Below, piece by piece: positions 1 through 9,719 of a stretch of 64,000 bases of DNA (the stretch's first letter is position 1; every line of letters starts with the position of its first letter). The notes below the pieces were generated by a model, which saw nothing but the letters and a program-made list of their open reading frames with translations, had not been told where the DNA came from and did no database searches. Made by a program: the position numbers and the translations under genes. Origin of the DNA: Alphaproteobacteria bacterium (lineage in GTDB: Bacteria > Pseudomonadota > Alphaproteobacteria > UBA2966); contig OZ219856.1 of NCBI GenBank assembly GCA_964291395.2, positions 1,600,001-1,664,000 of the forward strand, in the 5' to 3' direction.

Positions 1-1
1 A

Positions 2-1897
2 GAAATTGATCGTGCCATGCCGTTCGATCCTTGCGCCTTCGAAGGTCGCCGTTCCGTCCCAGATGACCTGCCGGAAACGACCCCGATACTCCGCCCCTTC
101 CCAGATAACCCGGATACGGTCACCGAGTTCGTCGATGCCGTAGGGACGGATGGTCTCGACGTGATCCAGTCCGTTGAAGATGTCGAGGCGCTCGATCGGT
201 GCCGACGCGAGCACGTCCATGGTCAACGTCACACCGCCGGACGGCAAATGGACGATGTCTCCCATCATCGCCTCGGTCGCCGGCCGCCCGTCCACCGGAC
301 CGAGGTCGGGGTTCTCGTGATAGAGGGTTCCCGCCTCGTCGAAACCGGCGCGCACGTCCATGACGAGGCGTCCGCCCGTGGTCGCGTAGTGATGACGCTT
401 GCGGAGGCAATCGAATACGGCCGGGCGCGTGAGTTCGGGCATGAGCAGACAGGTCAGGCCGCCGATAGCGCCGAAATGCGCAGCGCCGGGATAACTCGCG
501 CCGGGACGGCCCTTGTGGCCGTCCGAATTCCCGACGATCCCCACGCGATAACCCATTTCGAAAGCGTCATGGACGAGCCATTCGAAAGTGCCCCACGAGG
601 AGTGGACCTCCATGGAGCGTTCCACGATGCCGTCGTGCGCGAGCTTCACGTCGGCGTAGCGGCCGCCGCAGTGGGCGAAGCAGACGACGTTCTCATCCGC
701 TTCCCGCAGGGTCTCGAAGAGGTCCGCGGCGGTATTGCAGTCCGTGTCGATGTCGGACTTGTCATCCACCAGCGCATGCGACGACCGGCGGATGGGACGG
801 TCATCCGTCATGTAGTACACGTTGCGGTCGCCGCCGAGCGCCGTGTTCCCGGACCACTCGTATCCCGGCAGGGTGACAAAGTTTCCGGGTTCGTCGAATT
901 CGGCGGTAAGTTCACTCAACGTGCTCCAGAAATCCTTGGTGATCTGGAAGTCGTTGCCCTGGTGTCCCGCCACGTCGACGAATGCGCGGTCGCGCGCGAA
1001 CTCGAAATACTGGCGCGCGCTGTTGGTGCCGATGGTTTCCTCGCTCTGCCCGTGCATGTCGCCCCAATAGGGCCGCAGGGCCGCCTTCTCGACGATGCGA
1101 AGCGCATTGGCGCTGCAGAGCACGGCGCCCGAGTCATCCAGGAGCTCGATGTCGACGTTCCCGGGTTCGTCCACCGACAGGCCTTCCACGTGATACGCGA
1201 ATTCGCCTGCCGGGAACCGGATTCGCTCGGGCAGGCCGTCGACCGGCCGGGATGACCGCAAGGTCAGCGTCCGGTCGGCCTGATTCGTCGGATTGCCCCA
1301 TTTGTCCTCGGCCTTGATCGAGAGGCGAAATGCATCACCGACATTTCGCGACGTCGGGCAGACCGCGACCCAGCGGTCCACCGGTCCCGGGATCAGCTTG
1401 ATCATCGGCTGGACCGGAAGCTGCTGGTAGTTGTAGGTGGCGATAGGGTCGACCAGGACGCGGAACTCGAACGTATCCTCGCAGAATGTCTGCAGGCGCA
1501 TGCCGGGTGAGCCCTGGCTGGTATCGCCGAAGGTGATGGTGATGGTGTCGCCCTTTTTCATGAAGCCGCGAACGACCTTTACGTAGAGGGTGCGGTCCCA
1601 GGGCCGGATATTGCCCTTGGGGTCGTAACGGTATTCCAGAACCGCGTTGTTGCTGGCGACGACCGTCGTGTAGTTGGGTCCCTTCGGATCGTCGAACTGC
1701 GGGCGGGTCTGGTCGGCCGCGAATCGGAAAACGACGCGCAGGCTTCCGGAGTCGTCGATGCCGAAATATCCGCAGGTGTACGTCAGGGTAAACGTTTGAT
1801 AGGAGCCCGCCTCGAACTCTCCGACGGGAACGAGCTCGGCGTGGCCGAGCTCCCGCGGTTCAATCGGGTCCTCGAAGATTCCGGCGGTCGTGGGCAT
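2..1897 (-). CDS. DUF3604 family protein (PHP-like putative metallohydrolase), 3' end outside window
   Basis: Hand translation of the minus strand from ATG 1897 (MPTTAGIFEDPIEPRELGHAELVPVGEFEAGSYQTFTLTYTCGYFGIDDSGSL...) shows motifs YWGDMHGQSEETIG, PGYEWSGNT, FAHCGGRYAD, EVHSSWGTFEW and NSDGHKGRPGAS. It is absent from the ORF track because it has no stop in the window. Confidence 0.85.
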   Translation of the reverse strand, partial: MPTTAGIFEDPIEPRELGHAELVPVGEFEAGSYQTFTLTYTCGYFGIDDSGSLRVVFRFAADQTRPQFDDPKGPNYTTVVASNNAVLEYRYDPKGNIRPWDRTLYVKVVRGFMKKGDTITITFGDTSQGSPGMRLQTFCEDTFEFRVLVDPIATYNYQQLPVQPMIKLIPGPVDRWVAVCPTSRNVGDAFRLSIKAEDKWGNPTNQADRTLTLRSSRPVDGLPERIRFPAGEFAYHVEGLSVDEPGNVDIELLDDSGAVLCSANALRIVEKAALRPYWGDMHGQSEETIGTNSARQYFEFARDRAFVDVAGHQGNDFQITKDFWSTLSELTAEFDEPGNFVTLPGYEWSGNTALGGDRNVYYMTDDRPIRRSSHALVDDKSDIDTDCNTAADLFETLREADENVVCFAHCGGRYADVKLAHDGIVERSMEVHSSWGTFEWLVHDAFEMGYRVGIVGNSDGHKGRPGASYPGAAHFGAIGGLTCLLMPELTRPAVFDCLRKRHHYATTGGRLVMDVRAGFDEAGTLYHENPDLGPVDGRPATEAMMGDIVHLPSGGVTLTMDVLASAPIERLDIFNGLDHVETIRPYGIDELGDRIRVIWEGAEYRGRFRQVIWDGTATFEGARIERHGTINF

Positions 1898-1933
1898 CGT
1901 CTGTCCTGGTTTCGAATTTCGGGTCGGGGATGG

Positions 1934-2374
1934 TTATACGCCGACGATCTCGGCCGAGTCTCCCACCCGGATCCCGCCACCCGACACCACGCGGCAGGTA
2001 CGGCCGCCGCGCCAGTCGGGCGTGAGCGCCCGTCTCAGGCCGTCGTACTGTTCGTCCATGCGCTCGCAGGGGTCGGTCTCGCCCGTGATCTCGAGCAGGC
2101 ATTCGCCGATTCTGACGCGGGCACCGGGGGCGCGCGGCAGAACCATGCCGTCGAGCAACAGGTTCGCCCGGCGCATGGTCCAGGAAAGGTCGGCGTCCAG
2201 CTCGTCACAGGCCGCCTGCCAGTCGGCGGTCGAGAGAATCGTGACTTGGCGCTCCGCGAAATCTCCGTGGCGGTCGCCCGCGATACCCGATTCGACGCTG
2301 ACCGAAACGGAGTCGACCTCCTCCATCGCGGCGCGCTGTGCGCCCCGTATCGCAATGCCTTTCAGCAGACCCAT
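1934..2374 (-). CDS. MOSC domain-containing protein
   Basis: MGLLKGIAIR...GIAGD...RQVTILS...RRANLL...ITGETDPCERM...DWRGG, with the conserved MOSC Cys. Confidence 0.88.
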   Translation of the reverse strand: MGLLKGIAIRGAQRAAMEEVDSVSVSVESGIAGDRHGDFAERQVTILSTADWQAACDELDADLSWTMRRANLLLDGMVLPRAPGARVRIGECLLEITGETDPCERMDEQYDGLRRALTPDWRGGRTCRVVSGGGIRVGDSAEIVGV

Positions 2375-2575
2375 GGTGCAGACGCGCCTCCCGCGCAACT
2401 CCGGGATGTTGATGAAGACCGTGAGACGCCATTGTCGGGGGTCGGCATCGAAGGCGTCAAGCGAACCGGTTGCGCCAGCGGGCACGGTTGACGCGTGGGA
2501 GGCAATACCGTCATCAATGGGCCCGGCCGTGTACCCGATACGGGTGGGAACGAAATCGAGAGGAGGAGGACCGGA

Positions 2576-3196
2576 ATGCTGAAGGTCTGGGGCCGGGAAA
2601 CGTCGATCAACGTCCAGAAGGTGATGTGGCTCGTGGGAGAACTGGGCCTCGAGTATGAACGGGTCGACGTCGGCGGGCCGTTCGGCGGTCTCGACCAGCC
2701 GGACTACATGGCGATGAACCCGACGAGCCGCATCCCGACGATCGAAGACGACGGTTTCACGCTGTGGGAATCGCACGCCATCGTGAGATACCTCGCACAG
2801 AAGCACGGGGCCGGTTCCTGGTGGCCGGATGATCCTCGTATCCGTGCCGTGGCGGATCAATGGATGGACTGGCCCTACAACGTCGCCTATCCGCAATTGA
2901 TCAGGGCATTCCTCGGGCTTTACCGGACGCCCGAAGACGAACGAGACGACGACGCGATCGCACGGGCCCTGGAGACCTGTGCCAAGGAATTGGGCGTGCT
3001 CGACGCGTATCTGGCGCGAAACGCCTACGTCGCGGGAGACGCACCGACCATGGGCGACATTCCCGTCGGCTGCATCACCTACCGGTGGTATGCCATGGAT
3101 ATCGAACGACCCGAATACCCGAACCTGGCGGCCTGGTATGCACGGCTCCGGGAAAGTCCGGCCTTTCGCGAGCACGCCATGATCCCGCTGAGCTGA
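2576..3196 (+). CDS. Glutathione S-transferase (GstB/YliJ-like)
   Basis: MLKVWGRETSINVQKVMW...MNPTSRIPTIEDDGFTLWESHAIVRYLA; strong GGAGGA RBS before ATG 2576. Confidence 0.92.
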   Translation: MLKVWGRETSINVQKVMWLVGELGLEYERVDVGGPFGGLDQPDYMAMNPTSRIPTIEDDGFTLWESHAIVRYLAQKHGAGSWWPDDPRIRAVADQWMDWPYNVAYPQLIRAFLGLYRTPEDERDDDAIARALETCAKELGVLDAYLARNAYVAGDAPTMGDIPVGCITYRWYAMDIERPEYPNLAAWYARLRESPAFREHAMIPLS

Positions 3197-3306
3197 GCAT
3201 ATGCCTGCATACGGCCGCCCCCCGGAAACACGGGTTGCCGGAGAGCGGTCGCGCCTCCGGTCCTTGATCCCGGCTCGCTGCAAGGGCAGCAAGTGACACA
3301 CGGTAC

Positions 3307-4041
3307 GTGATCGACCCCCTCCTCACCCCGGCGTTCGGGTTTTCCGTATTCGCGGTCAGTCTCGGCGGAATCGTCCGGGGATTCTCGGGCGCGGGATCGG
3401 GCCTCATCATGATTCCCTTGATGTCGCTCGTGTACTGGCCGCCCCAGGCATTGACGATGGCCATCATGATCGGGGTCGTCGGCGCGATTCAGCTCGTTCC
3501 CCAGACGATCCGCCATGTCCGCTGGCGCGACGTGGGACCCATGACCGGAACCGCGGCGGTCGCCATTCCCGTCGGCACGGCGTTTCTGTTCATCGTCGAC
3601 CCGGAGATCACCCGGCGCTGCATCGGCGCCATCGTCCTGCTGTCGTCGCTCGTCCTGTTGAGCGGCTGGATCTATCGTGGTCCGCGCAATCCGGTCACCA
3701 GCGCCTCGGCCGGCGTGGTGGCCGGCCTGATGAACGGCTTCGCCGGGGCCGGCAGCGTGATCCCGACGCTCTACTTCGTGGCGAGCCGGGAGCGCGCCGT
3801 CGTCCTCCGCGCCAACATCTTCACGGTGGTCACCCTGTTTCTCGTCATCACGGCGGTCTCGCTGGCGTTCCGGGGAACGGTGACGCGCGAATCGGTCACC
3901 ATCGCCGCGGCACTTCTGATTCCCTACGGATTCACGATCTGGATCGGTTCCCGCCTGTTCCAGCGCTCCACCGACCGTGTCTATCGGTTGGCCGTCCTGT
4001 GGCTTCTCGCCGCCATCGGGGCATTCGTCGCGATCTACTGA
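3307..4041 (+). CDS. Sulfite exporter TauE/SafE family membrane protein
   Basis: Hydrophobic ~244 aa protein, GGIVRGFSGAGSGLIMIP motif, internal repeat GLMNGFAGAG. Confidence 0.85.
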   Translation: MIDPLLTPAFGFSVFAVSLGGIVRGFSGAGSGLIMIPLMSLVYWPPQALTMAIMIGVVGAIQLVPQTIRHVRWRDVGPMTGTAAVAIPVGTAFLFIVDPEITRRCIGAIVLLSSLVLLSGWIYRGPRNPVTSASAGVVAGLMNGFAGAGSVIPTLYFVASRERAVVLRANIFTVVTLFLVITAVSLAFRGTVTRESVTIAAALLIPYGFTIWIGSRLFQRSTDRVYRLAVLWLLAAIGAFVAIY

Positions 4042-4157
4042 AGCTGTTCCGGTGTTCGGTCCGACAACCGATTTGCCGCGCCGCAATAGGGCGCTGGTTG
4101 CCACATTGGCGCATGGTGGTAGTGTGACGCCATCGCCTCATGACGGCGCTGGAATCC

Positions 4158-4175
4158 GTTGATCGGCCAGTCGAG
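4158..4175. promoter_or_regulatory. Possible BetI-type operator upstream of choX
   Basis: GTTGATCGGCCAGTCGAG is an imperfect palindrome resembling TTGA-N8-TCAA BetI boxes as I recall them. It lies just upstream of a choline transporter. Weak match. Confidence 0.28.
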
Positions 4176-4225
4176 GGGAACGACGTGCACTTCTGATTTC
4201 ATCCGACATCAAGGAGACGACAATC

Positions 4226-5167
4226 ATGACATCACTCCGTATTTTGACTGCTGCTGCGGCCCTATCGATCGGCGTAGGCGCCGCCCAAGCGGCGGACCCG
4301 CCGGCCTGCAAAGAGGTCCGCTTCTCGGACGTCGGTTGGAGCTGCATCACGGCGACCACATCGATCGCCGCCAGCATCCTGGAAGGCCTGGGCTACGAAG
4401 CCAAGGTCGACGTCCTGTCGGTGCCCGTTACGTTCCAGAGCCTGGCGAACAACGATCTTGACGCCTTCCTCGGCCTTTGGCTGCCGACTCAGGAGAGCAT
4501 GATCAGCCCTTACTTCGAGAAGGGCCAGATCGAGAAAGTCACCGTCAATCTCGAGGGCGCGAAGTATACCCTGGCAGTGCCCAAGTATGTCCATGACGCG
4601 GGCGTCAAGAGCTTCGCCGACCTGGCCCAGCACAAGGACAAATTCGATGGCAAAATCTACGGCATCGAGCCGGGCAACGACGGCAACCTGATCATTCAGG
4701 ACATGATCGACAAGAATGCCTTCGGCCTGAGCGGTTGGGAAGTCGTGGAGTCGAGCGAACAGGGCATGCTGAGCCAGGTGCAGCGGGCCACCAAGCGCAA
4801 CGAGTGGATCGTCTACCTGGGATGGGAGCCTCACCCCATGAACCGGCGCTTCGCCATGGCCTACCTGGACGGTGGGGACGATTACTTCGGCCCCAACTTC
4901 GGTGGCGCGACGGTCTACACCCTGGCCCCGGCGGGTTACGTGCAGAAGTGTCCGAACGTCGGCAAGCTGCTGCAGAACCTGGGCTTCACCCTGGCCATGG
5001 AGAACGAGATCATGGGCTACATGCTGGACGACGGCATGGACCCGGGGGCCGCCGCGATGAAGCTCGTCAGGCAAAATCCGGAACTCGTGGACAAGTGGCT
5101 CGCGGGCGTTACCACGCTCGACGGCAAGGAAGGCGCCGCGGCGGTCAGGGTACATCTGGGCATGTAG
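4226..5167 (+). CDS. choX: Choline ABC transporter substrate-binding protein
   Basis: Signal peptide; VRFSDVGW, FLGLWLP, GAKYTLAVP, IYGIEPGNDGN, SSEQGML, LGWEPHPMN, GGDDYFGPNFGGATV. Confidence 0.93.
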   Translation: MTSLRILTAAAALSIGVGAAQAADPPACKEVRFSDVGWSCITATTSIAASILEGLGYEAKVDVLSVPVTFQSLANNDLDAFLGLWLPTQESMISPYFEKGQIEKVTVNLEGAKYTLAVPKYVHDAGVKSFADLAQHKDKFDGKIYGIEPGNDGNLIIQDMIDKNAFGLSGWEVVESSEQGMLSQVQRATKRNEWIVYLGWEPHPMNRRFAMAYLDGGDDYFGPNFGGATVYTLAPAGYVQKCPNVGKLLQNLGFTLAMENEIMGYMLDDGMDPGAAAMKLVRQNPELVDKWLAGVTTLDGKEGAAAVRVHLGM

Positions 5168-5205
5168 CGCCGACGCCCTGGCCCCGATCAATCGAACACG
5201 TATCC

Positions 5206-5252
5206 CGGGGGCGCCCGCTCAATGGGCTCGGACATTGTCCGGGCGTCCCCCG
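5206..5252 (+). other. Intercistronic stem-loop after choX (mRNA stabiliser or partial terminator)
   Basis: CGGGGG-CGCCCG-ct-CAATG ... CATTG-tc-CGGGCG-t-CCCCCG inverted repeat between the binding-protein and permease genes. Confidence 0.55.
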
Positions 5253-5262
5253 ATGAAGGGCA

Positions 5263-6135
5263 ATGGGTGATGCCATGGATTGGCTGACCACGCAGATCTC
5301 CGATCACAAGATTCCGCTTGGCTCCTGGATCGCCGGTTTCTTCGACTTCCTCATAAACAATTTCGCGACCTTCTTCGACTTGCTATCGGCCCTGCTTGAA
5401 TTCGTCGTAGAAGGCCTGACGACGCTGATGCAGGCGTGCCCGCCTTTGGCCCTGATCGCCTCGGTCGCGGTGTTGGCCTGGTGGCTGCACCGCTCCCTGT
5501 GGCTGGTGCTGGGCATCGCGGCGTTTCTGCTGTTGATCATCAACCAGGGGTACTGGGAGCAGACCCTGGAAACCCTGGCCCTGGTGTTCTTCGCCACCTT
5601 GATCTGCATGCTCATCGGGATTCCGATCGGTATCGCCGCGGCACATCGGCCGTGGCTTTATGCGGTGATCCGGCCGATCCTCGACCTGATGCAGACCATC
5701 CCCACCTTCGTCTACCTCATCCCCACTCTGATCCTGTTCGGGCTCGGCGTAGTGCCGGGACTCATCTCGACGGTGATCTTCGCCATCCCGGCACCCATCC
5801 GGCTGACCTACCTTGGCGTGCACTCGGTACCCCAACAGCTTCTGGAGGCCGGCAAGGCTTTCGGTGCCAACAGGCGGCAACTGCTCTGGAAGGTGGAACT
5901 GCCCCACGCGATGCCGACGATCATGGCCGGCCTGACGCAGGCCATAATGTTGTCCCTCTCCATGGTCGTGATCGCCGCGCTCGTAGGCGCCGACGGCCTG
6001 GGCAAGCCGGTGGTGCGGGCGCTCGGAACCGTCAACATCAAGATGGGCATCGAGGCCGGCCTGGCGATCGTCATCGTCGCCATTCTGCTCGACCGCATCT
6101 GCAAGCATCCCGGCCGGAGACACACGGTCGGCTGA
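5263..6135 (+). CDS. choW: Choline ABC transporter permease
   Basis: ProW-type motifs PILDLMQTIPTFVYLIP, LLWKVELPHAMPTIMAG, MLSLSMVVIAALVGADGLG (start may be 5275). Confidence 0.93.
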   Translation: MGDAMDWLTTQISDHKIPLGSWIAGFFDFLINNFATFFDLLSALLEFVVEGLTTLMQACPPLALIASVAVLAWWLHRSLWLVLGIAAFLLLIINQGYWEQTLETLALVFFATLICMLIGIPIGIAAAHRPWLYAVIRPILDLMQTIPTFVYLIPTLILFGLGVVPGLISTVIFAIPAPIRLTYLGVHSVPQQLLEAGKAFGANRRQLLWKVELPHAMPTIMAGLTQAIMLSLSMVVIAALVGADGLGKPVVRALGTVNIKMGIEAGLAIVIVAILLDRICKHPGRRHTVG

Positions 6136-6138
6136 ACG

Positions 6139-7332
6139 ATGCCAGCCATCGCTTTCCAGGACGTCGACATCATCTTCGGCAAGGAGACGGACCGGGCACT
6201 TGCACTCCTCGACGCCGGCCGCACGAGGGATCAAATCCTGGAGGAGACCGGCCAGGTGGTCGGAGTCGCGGGCGCAAGCCTGACGGTGGAAACCGGAGAA
6301 GTCTGCGTCATCATGGGGCTCTCGGGCTCCGGCAAGTCAACTCTGGTGCGCTCCGTAAACGGCCTCAATCAGGTGACTCGAGGCCGGGTGCTGGTGCAGG
6401 ACCGGGAGGCGGAGATCGATATCACGTGCTGCGATGCCCAAACCATCCGCCGCCTGAGGACGGAGCGCATCGCCATGGTGTTCCAGCAGTTCGCGCTGCT
6501 GCCCTGGCGCACCGTGGCGGAAAACGTCGGTCTTGGCCTGGAATTGCGGGGCATGCCGCGCCGCGACCGCGCCGCCATCGTCGACCAAAAGCTCTCATTG
6601 GTAGGTCTGGAGCAGTGGCGAGACAAGTACGCCCACGAGCTCTCTGGCGGCATGCAGCAGCGCGTGGGCCTGGCCCGCGCCTTCGCCACCGATGCCGACA
6701 TTCTGCTCATGGACGAGCCGTTCTCCGCCCTTGACCCGCTGATCCGGGAGAAGCTGCAGGACGAGTTGCAGATACTGCAGCGCCGGCTCAAGAAGACGAT
6801 CCTGTTCGTCAGCCACGACCTGGACGAGGCGCTGAAGCTCGGCACCCATATCGCCATCATGGACAGCGGCCGCATCGTCCAGTTCGGCGAACCGGAGAAT
6901 ATCGTATTGCAGCCCGCCAACGAGTATGTGGCCGAGTTCGTTGCCCACATGAATCCGCTGAACGTTCTGCGTGGCGGCTCCCTGATGACGCCGGTGGAAG
7001 CGCTGCGGCGGGAAGATGACGAGGTGCTTCTTGACCGGGACGGCCGCGTCCGCGTGTCTCTGGACCGGAACGGCGCCCCCACGGCGGTCAGCATCGACGG
7101 CCGACCCGCCTCTCTGATGACCCACGACCAAGTCCGCAACGGGGCCGGCGTCGACGGCGCCACCATGGTGACCGCGCCGGCGGCCATGTCCATGCGCACG
7201 GCGATCGAGTTGCGCCGCGCGAGCGGCATACCGGTGGCGGTGCTCGAAGACGGCAGGTTGGCCGGGGTGTGTGGAGATGAGGAGATCTACCGCGGCATCC
7301 TGCGCCAAGCCGGTGGCCCGGCGAGACCATGA
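6139..7332 (+). CDS. choV: Choline ABC transporter ATP-binding protein
   Basis: Walker A GLSGSGKS, signature LSGGMQQRV, Walker B LLMDEPFSALD, AHMNPLNVL. Confidence 0.93.
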   Translation: MPAIAFQDVDIIFGKETDRALALLDAGRTRDQILEETGQVVGVAGASLTVETGEVCVIMGLSGSGKSTLVRSVNGLNQVTRGRVLVQDREAEIDITCCDAQTIRRLRTERIAMVFQQFALLPWRTVAENVGLGLELRGMPRRDRAAIVDQKLSLVGLEQWRDKYAHELSGGMQQRVGLARAFATDADILLMDEPFSALDPLIREKLQDELQILQRRLKKTILFVSHDLDEALKLGTHIAIMDSGRIVQFGEPENIVLQPANEYVAEFVAHMNPLNVLRGGSLMTPVEALRREDDEVLLDRDGRVRVSLDRNGAPTAVSIDGRPASLMTHDQVRNGAGVDGATMVTAPAAMSMRTAIELRRASGIPVAVLEDGRLAGVCGDEEIYRGILRQAGGPARP

Positions 7333-8183
7333 GGCGAGCGCTGCTGACTCTCTGCCTCGGTCTCGTGACCGCCAGCGCGGAGGCCCACTACGTCGATCTC
7401 GAACAGGCCCTGATCCGCGATCGCGTCCTGACCTTCGGCCTGGCCCTGGTCGGGGAACCGTTCTCCTACCGGCGCGACGGCACGATCCGGGGATTCGAGG
7501 TGGCGGTGGCCAGGGCGGTCGCCGCAGCCCACGATCTCGAGCTGAGACTGGTTCGGCTGGCACGGGACGAACTGAAGCGGGCACTCGACGACGGACGAGT
7601 CGATGCCGTGAACAGCCTGGCCCTGGCAGCCGAGGACCACACCCTCTCGATTTTGCCTTACCTCAGGGTCGGTGATCACGTGATGATCCTCAAGGGAAAC
7701 CCGTTTCGCATCCGCACGCCCGACGATCTTTCGGGACGGGTGGTCGCCGCGACGTCCGGGTCCAGCGCCGAGATCTATGCCCGCGCGCTCAATGACCGTT
7801 TTCTGACCGCGGGCCGGCCGGCCATGCACATCCACACGTTTCCCGAGCAGCGCCATACCCACTTTCCGGTCTCCATGGGTCACGCCAGCGCCTATTTCGT
7901 GAAGAGCGTCAGCGCCGTCGGTATCAGCCGGGATCCGCACGCGCGCACGCGGTTGCTGCCGGGCGCGTTCCAGCCGCGGCGGGAAGCGGGATTCGCCCTG
8001 AGGCCGGACAACCGCGTGCTGCATCACGCCGTCGAACACGCCGTCGCGGCCATGGTGGCGACCGGCAAGCACGAGCGGCTGATGCGGCAATTCGGGCTGC
8101 CGATCGAGCTGAGCCCGTATCCCCGCGACGGCGACCACCAGAGCGGTCCCGGTTCGGCCGCAACCGTTCCGGCCGAGAAATAG
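7329..8183 (+). CDS. ABC transporter substrate-binding protein, family 3 (amino-acid type), orphan
   Basis: Signal peptide; EPFSY..DGTIRGFEVAVARAVA, ALDDGRVD, DDLSGRVVAATSGS; ATGA overlap with choV. Confidence 0.75.
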   Translation: MRRALLTLCLGLVTASAEAHYVDLEQALIRDRVLTFGLALVGEPFSYRRDGTIRGFEVAVARAVAAAHDLELRLVRLARDELKRALDDGRVDAVNSLALAAEDHTLSILPYLRVGDHVMILKGNPFRIRTPDDLSGRVVAATSGSSAEIYARALNDRFLTAGRPAMHIHTFPEQRHTHFPVSMGHASAYFVKSVSAVGISRDPHARTRLLPGAFQPRREAGFALRPDNRVLHHAVEHAVAAMVATGKHERLMRQFGLPIELSPYPRDGDHQSGPGSAATVPAEK

Positions 8184-8263
8184 GACGGTCATTGCGTCAA
8201 ACGCAGAGATCGTAGAACCTTGTTCCTCAGGAAGGCCAACCGCTGGGACAAGGAGTTTGCGAC

Positions 8264-9517
8264 ATGGCGCGAAGAGAGATCGAGGGCGATTGGGTCTTTG
8301 GGTGGCCGGACCGCAAGCGGGCCGAAATCATGCCCAGCAAGGACGTCGAGGGCCGCGTCATCTTCGCCCGCTCTCCGGTGCTCGATCTGGAAGGGATGAT
8401 CACGCCGGTCGATGCCTACTACGTCATCGCCCAACTCGACATGCCGGATCCCATCCATCCCGACGACTACACCTTCTCCGTTTCCGGCGAAGTGGAGAAC
8501 CCGGCGGAGTACGTGCTGGAGGATTTGCGCAAGTTTCCCTCGCGCACCGTCCGCGCGGTGACCGAGTGCGCCGGCAACGACGGTGAGTTCTTCTCGTACA
8601 TGCAGGAAGGCAGCAACATGAAGAAGCCTTCCTTGCGCGTGAAGCAGGACGAGGAAGGCGGCTGGAACCAGATGTCCGACGATGGCGGAATTCCCGACAT
8701 CGAGGACATCCTCGAAGCCATCCCGACGACCTGTCTGGTGAGCGGAGGGGAATGGACGGGCGTACCCCTGCGCGAGGTCCTCAACCGCGCCGGTGTCAAG
8801 GACGGCGCCGTCGCCATCCGAGTCCAGGGCTGGGATACCGGCCGCCCCGATCCGGTCACCCAATACCTGTCGGTCGGCCGGACGGATTTCGAGGTGGTGG
8901 ATCCGGGGATCATCAACTACGACAAGGGCCTTCCCATCGAGAAGGCGATGGACCCGGACACGATCCTCGCCTGGGCCCACAACGGCGAGTACCTGACCCA
9001 CGTGCACGGCGCGCCGCTCCGCATGGTCGTGCCGGGATGGGCCGGGAACTGGTGGGTCAAGTGGATCGAGAAGATCGAGGTCATGGACCACATGCCCGAC
9101 TGCTATTACCAGACTCACTATTTCGTCTCGGGCGATTCACCCGACGATCCCGACAAGAAGCCCATGATGCAGCTTGGGGTGAAGACCCTGATCAAGTACC
9201 CACGCGACGACGACGGTCCCCTGCCCCGCGGCGAGCACGTCATCCGCGGCATGGCCTGGAGCGGCGAAGGCGCCGTCGTGCGGGTCGAGGTGAGCACCGA
9301 CGGGGGCGAAACCTGGAACGACGCCTACGTCGAGGACTCCCGCGACAAGTGGCTGTGGCGCCGCTGGTCCCATGTCTGGGACGCTTCGGAGGCCGGCGAG
9401 TACCGCATCATGGCGCGGGCGACCGACGAGAACGGCCGTGTCCAGCCCCAGACCGGGATGAATTTCCAGCGCAAGCATTTCGACTGGATCGTGCCGGAGG
9501 TGGTGACCGTGGAGTGA
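8264..9517 (+). CDS. Sulfite oxidase family molybdopterin oxidoreductase (cytoplasmic, no heme domain)
   Basis: Mo-ligand ECAGN, EWTGVPLREVL, LAWAHNGEYLTHVHGAPLRMVVPGW.G..WVKW, C-terminal dimerisation domain GMAWSG..RVEVSTDGGETW..RATD..GRVQP. Confidence 0.88.
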   Translation: MARREIEGDWVFGWPDRKRAEIMPSKDVEGRVIFARSPVLDLEGMITPVDAYYVIAQLDMPDPIHPDDYTFSVSGEVENPAEYVLEDLRKFPSRTVRAVTECAGNDGEFFSYMQEGSNMKKPSLRVKQDEEGGWNQMSDDGGIPDIEDILEAIPTTCLVSGGEWTGVPLREVLNRAGVKDGAVAIRVQGWDTGRPDPVTQYLSVGRTDFEVVDPGIINYDKGLPIEKAMDPDTILAWAHNGEYLTHVHGAPLRMVVPGWAGNWWVKWIEKIEVMDHMPDCYYQTHYFVSGDSPDDPDKKPMMQLGVKTLIKYPRDDDGPLPRGEHVIRGMAWSGEGAVVRVEVSTDGGETWNDAYVEDSRDKWLWRRWSHVWDASEAGEYRIMARATDENGRVQPQTGMNFQRKHFDWIVPEVVTVE

Positions 9518-9719
9518 CGGTCACCTTCGACGGAGAGGTACGAATTTGGTCCGCGAATCGGGTTGCGCAGGCGGCGAAGATAGATAGTATGTGGTCGGTC
9601 CGATGACCGACACATGCGTTGTCGATCGCTCCCGCGGGGTTCAGGGCGGATATCCGGCCGGTTTCTTCGCCCGCGTACGACGGGTCACAACGGCAACGAA
9701 GGGGAAAGGAAGGCATAAC

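Noticed and set aside
17-1255. 412-aa plus-strand ORF
   Set aside because: Shadow of the minus-strand DUF3604 gene.
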